From: Phoronis australis
Taxonomy: Eukaryota; Animalia; Phoronida
Length of the DNA stretch: 64,000 nucleotides
Direction of reading: 5' to 3'
Assembly: GCA_002633005.1 (NCBI GenBank)
Contig: NMRA01000185.1
Coordinates: 138,402-202,401 of the forward strand
The first letter of the stretch is position 1; each line of letters starts with the position of its first letter. Position numbers and translations under genes: made by a program. Below the pieces are notes generated by a model. The model searched no databases. It saw only the letters and a list, made by a program, of their open reading frames with translations, and was not told where the DNA came from. This document shows, one piece after another, positions 56,784-64,000 of this stretch.

Positions 56784-59700
56784 CTGGAAGAAAGTTGTTA
56801 TAACGTTTATTATGGGTCAACGAGCGGCACCTACAATTTCTTTCCAAAACCAAACTCAAAATGTCCACCAATGCCAGAGAAGACGCATGTCTGTGGATAT
56901 CGCTTTGGCAACTGGACCAATAATCATCACTTGCACATATATTCAGTTTTAGGCAATGAAAGCAAATCAGAATAAAAGTTCTCGTAAATATAACAGGAAT
57001 GACTGACATGGAAACTGAAACAAGCATTTCTTGTTAGTTGCCGTAAAGTGTGGAAAGAACCAATTGGAATACTCACAATCTTAGAAATAGGTCAGGGCTC
57101 AAGCTTGCTCAATCTTACAGGCACCATCCCAAATAAATGGTCTTACAAACACCAGCATGATACAACACATTCACTAGGTACCAGGGGCGGATCCAGGATT
57201 TTGAATTAGAGGTGGCCAAGGCACAGGAATAACCAGAACTTACTCATAGTAACACATGTTGCCTCCAAGTCATCAACCAATTTTCCAATTTAAAACCACA
57301 TGCACTCAAAGCCAGCATTATTAAAGTGTGCACAGCTGTAGCCAAAAGTACTACACAGTGATCAGTGATTGAACACAAAACTGTAAAATAGGGGGGAGAA
57401 CCTGGTTGGGAGCACTTTGCAATGAACACAGGGGGTGGGGGGTACAAATTGCAGTTCCCGATGAGCAGGGGGTGGGGGGTTTGACTCAGTTGTAGACTCC
57501 GAGGGGAATGGGGCAGATATTCAGCTCCAAAACCAAAGGACTGAGGGCCCTGTTATGACTTGGCCGTATGTGCTTTTCATCATCACTATGTTCCCCAATC
57601 AAACCTCGTACCTGGCGAAGTGAGCCATCAGCCCGTATGAACACAAAGATGGCGTTGAGGGGCACACAGATCATGGAAGCGAATGCCATACACATGCCGA
57701 GCCCTTGCGCGTAACCTGGGTACGTGTAGATCTTGTTATAGGTCAGTGGCTCAAACTGAACCCACATGAAGATAAAGATGCCCTGGAATTTTGAATAAGA
57801 ATAATAATGTAAATAACAACTCTGAGACATATAATATATTAGTTTAGTAGCGCAGACACTTCCACAAACCATCCTGTGAGGTCGCTGACAACACTGCCCT
57901 CTAGGGAGCAAGCACTTGCTACCTTACAACATCCAAACTTGAATTCATTTGGTCAATTTCACTACCTCAAAAGTTAAAAGAATACCAAACCCTGCGTTGG
58001 TGATTTCAACAATCCCCGTTCTGTCCCACTTGAATGATGAACGCATGATTCAACTGAAAACTCATACAATCTGGGTCAAATTATGTGGTTCTTGGTGGGT
58101 CATTCTCAAGAGTTGTCATGTAACTCACCTTAAGCGTAGATCATACTTGCCCGTTGAGGAGACTTTGAAGGGAGTATTTTTAAATTTTGTTCCAAACTCT
58201 TGAGGGTTGCCAAGGTTTGCTTTGTTTCAGAGATATGAATGGGAAGGTTATTCTTAATTTCTTTTAATATGTCAAAACCGGGTTTGGTATCCTTTTAAGT
58301 ACCAAGAACTTAAATCAACAGACCTTTCTCATATTTCCAAATGCCCTGAGCGTCTCATTCAAAGCTCTGAAATTGTTTCTCAATCACAACTTGACAGTCT
58401 GTACATAAAGACTGTAGAAAGTCAACGGTTACTGCCCCGGACATACCGAGGTCGTTCTCAGTACAATCCCGGAAACAAGAAGAAAAACGGCCGAGAACAG
58501 ACATTATACAATCTGTATAACAACACCAAGGACAAAGTTGCATTTGAGACATTTTCGCCATGCTTCCAACAGTCTCCAGTCTGTTTCATAAATATACCAA
58601 TACTATCTGGAGCATTATGTGCTCAAAAGTCACCTGTGCGAGTTACGAGTGATTCGAACCTTGAAGGGAATTTTTCAATCACTTACGGGGGAGTTTTGGG
58701 CCTTATGAGGGGAAATTCATGTTTTGAAAATATTTTTCAGAGGAGAATGGGGGCCATATGTCGCCCCAAAATCGAGGGATTGAGGGCCATCAACCGACAT
58801 GTCACTCAACAACATGACGCCTTTAATAGCAAAAGAAGTAACTTAATCCACCAGTCAAGGGCAAGATACACTGATGCACAACCACTACTCTGTGGTCTTA
58901 TCGCAAGGAAGGAAACATCTGGCCTTGGCAAAACTACATCGATTTACTAATTGATCTTTGAGAATTAAAGAGAGTGGATTCTCTGGTGAGCAATTAAACC
59001 AGTCCTATAATTAAAATTACTTCCTCGTTATAGTGTAACCTGTGAACAATTAAACCCCAACTATGCCAGACGCTGTATACTCCCCACACTGTACAGGAGT
59101 ATATTCAAGCTGTGTGATCACTGGGCACTGTGGCAACAGTTATTGAAACTTTTCCTTCAGCGTGCACTTATAGGTTTTGCACTGGAATTTTTACCAAGGA
59201 ATTATCCTACACATCTACTGTTGGCTGCATGACCACAGCAGCTGTGTGACTGTCTTCTACCAAATGAATAAAGTTACAGGTATATTGAATGAAGGAACAT
59301 TAAGCAGTCTTTACAAGATTCTGTTTTGAGACAAAAGTGTTTCAGATGTGCTTTTATTCCTCGAGCTAGCAACATTCCACAATTTATAGGATTATACTAT
59401 GGACCAAACAAAATTCATACCTTGCCATTCTGAGCATGGTGTTGGTATTTCAAGACAAGATATACGTACCCATGGTACATTACATGCTCGCACTAAGAAA
59501 GATAAACTATTAGGTCATCTGGACAGTATCACGAGTTTCTGCTAAAATGAATATATTAAAGGAATATTTCTGTTAACGGCCAGCTCTCACCATTGTTTGT
59601 AATTCAACTAAGATGGAAGGCCACAGAACATTTTGAAATGTCAGAATAAGGTTTCAATCAAACTGATTTCTAGAAATTAGGGGAATTAAAGAAAATCTCA

Positions 59701-62700
59701 AAATAACAACACTGCAAATAAAATCCACACAGGCATTTTTTTGCTAAGTTACGTGTGTGATTGAGCAAAAAATGTCCAAAGTAACAAATGTCAGAGGTGT
59801 GAAGTACCATTTCGCATGACAATTCTCTGTGAAATCAAAAAACATGTCAAAAATGACGACTTCAGAGTAAAACGTTGCGCCACTGCTATCAAATCACCGA
59901 GCTAATACAATTAGATTTATGATGTTCCAGTTAGCATAATGCACTAACTCAATTAATGAGCTAAATAAAATAAGCGCATAGGTTGCTTTGTTGTGCACAC
60001 TGCATTAGTGCCCGTACCTTGCACCTTCTCTTTGTAAAGTGTGTCACTTCGAGGTTTCCATCCACCAGTACTGGTAATGGAATGTTGAAGCCATATTTTA
60101 AGTTGCAAACATTTTTATTCTACTTTTAAGTTGACGACAAGGTACGCTGCTTTCAGTCGCTTTTCCTTCGTTTAAGTTGTACTGTGTTATAAAATCTTTC
60201 AGTTACGAAGCCCACAATTGGTCCAGCACTTACTGCAGTTATAATTGGTCCCAGAACCGTCCAACAGATTTGAAGCCAACGATTGATGCGGTAACCAATC
60301 ATCATTTCAATGTTGTCATAGAAACGACCTCCGCCTAGAAACAGAAAGAATTCATAACTCATCAACCACTACTTATTAGCAAGTAAGAGTCAACCAGATG
60401 AGGCCATGGAAAAAATGTAAAATTTGCCTCTTATACGTAACACTTTACCAATTAAATTAACCACGAGGAAACAATTGAAAAATGAACATCTGTTTCTGAA
60501 AATTTTTTTACAGGTTTGGAAGAACTATACTCTACTCTAACCTCCAGTGGGGCACATCCCATTTCCTATGTGATATTCATAAAGTTTACATAACACTAGA
60601 CAAGTACAGGTACCCCCCTAGCGTGTATGGAGTGGTGTGGTGAAGTTGAGGCAGCCGCTCAGTCTTAGGTACAGCTGACATTGTCAACTGGGCCATAGTG
60701 TTTCAGTTATTTTAAGGACTTTACTGAGGTTACCAAAGTAGAGTTCAGTAACACCAGTACCTCACCATGAGCAAGATTCCACGAGATTTCTTGAGACATC
60801 ACCGTGTATTTTCAATGACAGCATGTCCTTTTGCCTTTTCTCGCCATGAGACACCTCTACTGAACTCTACCCAGACAGCTAAATTGACTGCATAAAGGAA
60901 CTACATTACACACCAAGGACAATCCAGTCAAACACCGTTTCTCAGTCAGGAAGACTAATAAAACAGGTAAAATGACTGAAGCTAATTCCTAATTTCTGTT
61001 TCTGTTGACAAAGGACGTTACATCCGAAAATTTCAGTTGATCCATTCTTGTTGTTTTATTTACCTATTTATATTCTACACCTATAACTAAAATTCTGGTA
61101 CATTCACAGTCCCTATATTAATGGATTTGGTAAGTGTCCAGCCCCCAAGATGAGAAATTCCACTACGGGCTGAGCTATTCAGAATCCATAAGCGGTAATA
61201 AAAGAATTGTCTCCTCAACCAAGACCATAAACCCTTTGTTAAGCTGGGTTTAGCTTCACAGTCCACCTGGGACAGTTGTGTGACTAAGAGCAGGGTTCAC
61301 AACTTTCGCTGACTTTGCATGTCAATTTCAAAATGCCTATAATTGTGTCTGAACGACACACAACCATCCACAAAATTCTCAGCCAATATGCGGACTAGCT
61401 TCCCCTCCAAGGCCAACATGCTGGGTCATTTTGTCTGAATAATTGTGACATGTACTGTATCACTACTGAGGTAGTGATGGTCCTGGGCTGAACATATAAC
61501 ACATAAGGCGTAGAAAAGGAAATGCAGAACCTCTCTGTTGCCCATGGCCAGCAAGGTTTCCTTTGATTCCACATATATAACGACTTTCTTCAGTTATCTC
61601 TAGTGTTACAGAAAGGGGTACAATGCTGACCGTGTTGGAGTTTGTTGACTCAGATAACAAACCAAACAGCTGCTTGGCTGTACTGAACTATTGTTTCATG
61701 TTTTTTTCCCACTTAAAAAGTTTGTACACATCCTCTTAACTACGGAAAACCTTCAAATTTCCTTTTTGAAGCACAAAGATTGGGCCAAAAATAGGGAAGT
61801 TGTGACCAGTTTCAGTACATGTAATGCTCTGGGATGAGTAAATCCCGCAGTCAGACACAGTTTCAAAACAGATGGCCTGACAAGGACTAATGCAAACATA
61901 ATCGATAGAACTTGAACCCCTCATTAGAGGGTAATCATTCATAACTGGACTGACCAGACAAGGGTCACAATTTGAGTTTCTATATTTTAGAATCACTCAC
62001 CCTATATCTTAAATAACAGGACTGGTGAGACAACTGTCTCAGGCATATTTTGAACTTTCTATATTTTAGGATCACTCACCCTCTATCTTAAATATAAGGA
62101 CCGGTGAGACAACTGTCTCAGGCATATTTTTAACTTTCTATAATATTTTAGAATCACTCACCCTGTATCTTACATAACAGGACTGGTGAGACAATTGTCT
62201 CAGGCACATTTTGAACTTTCTACATTTTAGGATCACTCACCGTATATCCAAGCCACAGTAATACACTCAAAGAAACATATCCACAGCAGAGTCATTCCAC
62301 TAGCACTGTAGTAGTCGAACAGCTGGAACACGTACATGCCTCCCTGGAACACAACAACAGTCAAAGTCAGTCCACACAGTCTGGTCTAGCAAAGGATTAC
62401 ATGGAGCGAACAACGCAGTAGTCATCAATTAAAGACAGGCAAAGAAGGCATACTTCTAAATTTAAACACTTCTAAGACTTTTTTACGTTATTTTTCTTTT
62501 TAATGATCATAAGTTTTAATTGTTTCACAATCAATTACCGATGCGAAATTCTGGGGTAGGTAAAATTCAATTTTGTAACAACCATTCTGTAGTTTTTCAT
62601 CTGATACTACCCAAGAAAGATCAAAGGTCAAATGGCCACTGTCTTTTCTAGAAGAAATGGACAAATATTCATATGGGCTTGATAAAAGATTTGATTACTG

Positions 62701-63689
62701 GCCAGGGCAAAGAAATCACGGTAAACCTGAGATATTATTAAATTCTGGCTCACATTAATGCTGTTTCTAAGACAGCTTATTAAGAGTGATTGGTTTCCAG
62801 CCAACATATAAAGTATTGAAACAGCTTTAGCAGACTGATCGATTAATACCAACTGTAACAGAGTGCTTAGTATGAATTTATTGATATCTATGAATTTGAT
62901 TAGACCTAATGATGCAGTTGGAACTGAGCATGCATCAAACTGCCCAGGTGAGCACCGGGCATCTTTACCCCCATTACCTGTTTAGGGCACGCCCCACGAG
63001 AGCGTGCAGGTGTTTGTTCTAAATGGAGAAAATTTGGGCATTAGTGATGCAAATGGAGAATGGTGTCTAGCCTCAGCGCCTCCTGGTGGATAGCTACGAG
63101 AATAGCTTGTCGGCCATTCTCCACTGACCACTCAGTGACTCAGTTCTGCACGCCGACTGGAATGCAGAAAAAAGCAACACGATGGGCAAAAACAGTGAAC
63201 CTTGCCTACAAATTAAGATCTGATTTAAACGTGTTTCAATATGTTGAAAAAAATACACTTGGAACACATGAAACAGGCAGAGTGGAAAGATATTTGGAAG
63301 AATTACATTGTTCCAAACATGTACAGACATACACTGAACAACGCCACAATTTGTGCTTCAGGAAAATAACAAAAACTACACGTTTATTTTGCCGGCAAAA
63401 TTCCAATACTTTTGGCCTCACTAAAGATCACAGAATAGATTGTTAGTCACAAAAATCACTTTCCACTTAATATAAACAATCCACTGCGGCATGTATGTTA
63501 AACACACACAAATATTAATCAAAAAAACCCGATTTATGTAGCAGTGCTTACGTTAGTCACCATACACAGGCCAATGAGAAACGAGACTGCACAGTAGATG
63601 GCGGAGAATATCTCTCGGTTGTGACCTTTACGCAGAAAGTTTGGAAACATGTCGAGCATGGCCGTGATGAACGCCTCAACACCAACAAA
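56622..63689 (-). CDS. SLC6 Na+/Cl--dependent transporter, GABA/taurine/creatine subfamily, 3' part: complement(join(56622..56783,57612..57782,60234..60334,62241..62343,63552..63689)); 5' exons lie beyond the window
   Basis: In-frame splice: [16 protein letters not shown]...REIF...[46 protein letters not shown]...W..CW...P...GIFIF...EPLTYN..YTYP.YAQGLG...A.ASMICVP...RWQ; corresponds to TM8-TM12 of SLC6A6/A8-like proteins. Confidence 0.93.
57612..57782 (-). CDS. SLC6 exon, [22 protein letters not shown]...DGSLRQ
   Basis: ttccag|GGC...CAG|gtacga. Confidence 0.93.
60234..60334 (-). CDS. SLC6 exon, [33 protein letters not shown]
   Basis: ttctag|GC GGA...GCA|gtaagt. Confidence 0.93.
61970..62250 (-). 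repeat. ~80-bp tandem repeat (3.5 copies), each unit carrying the SLC6 splice donor and a 16-bp palindrome
   Basis: ATCACTCACC at 61992, 62071, 62153 and 62232; TGAGACAAYTGTCTCA in each full unit. Confidence 0.92.
62241..62343 (-). CDS. SLC6 exon, [35 protein letters not shown]
   Basis: ttccag|GGA...TAC G|gtgagt. Confidence 0.95.
63552..63689 (-). CDS. SLC6 exon, [46 protein letters not shown]
   Basis: ttctacag|TTT...AAC|gtaagc. Confidence 0.95.
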
Positions 63690-63704
63690 CTGTAGAAAGA
63701 CAAA

Positions 63705-63767
63705 ATCACGTGACTAACAGCAACACATCACGTGACTTAGCAACACATCACGTGACGTAGCAACACA
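63705..63767. repeat. 20-bp tandem repeat x3, each unit with an ATCACGTGAC E-box
   Basis: ATCACGTGAC at 63705, 63727 and 63747, separated by (TA)GCAACAC. Confidence 0.9.
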
Positions 63768-64000
63768 GTCCCATACATGCAGACACCGGTACTCATCCAG
63801 GGAGTCAACGTCAAGTGGTTAAGATTCAATCTTCTGCAAAAGTGTGACTCAGAAAAAGGCGAACGTGTCAAAATCTTTAATTTGCGAGAACTATTTCTGT
63901 TAACATACGAAAACATTTTCATAGTTGAAGGTAGCATTTATTTACACTAAACTTCTTCGTGTAATAACGTCGCTCGAAGTTGTTAACAATTATACATGCA

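Overview
Repeat-rich eukaryotic (animal, probably marine invertebrate) genomic DNA with GT-AG introns and three single-N assembly joins (14092, 24943, 47779). I reconstructed three intron-containing host genes by hand. (1) The last four coding exons of a NOL9-like polynucleotide 5'-kinase (+, 1056-4081). (2) A complete 12-exon transketolase TKT (+, 23655-48825; 1884 nt, 627 aa). (3) The last five coding exons of an SLC6 GABA/taurine/creatine-subfamily transporter (-, 63689-56622), convergent with TKT. The NOL9-TKT gap and the introns hold transposon remains: pogo-like and hAT transposases, a Maverick/Polinton pPolB remnant, two TTAA Kolobok-like elements, a defective Sola3-like element, Helentron/HINE-like elements with internal tandem arrays, several MITEs and CR1-like fragments. 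Observations most worth following up: HINE arrays carrying about 11 CTCF-like motifs each at ~143-bp spacing, in divergent orientation around the TKT/SLC6 junction; an intact antisense SGNH-hydrolase ORF with a hairpin-repeat tail in TKT intron 6; a TATA/hairpin/T6 candidate Pol III RNA inside the Polinton remnant; and tandem duplications of splice sites. All calls come from manual reading and recalled motifs; no searches were run.
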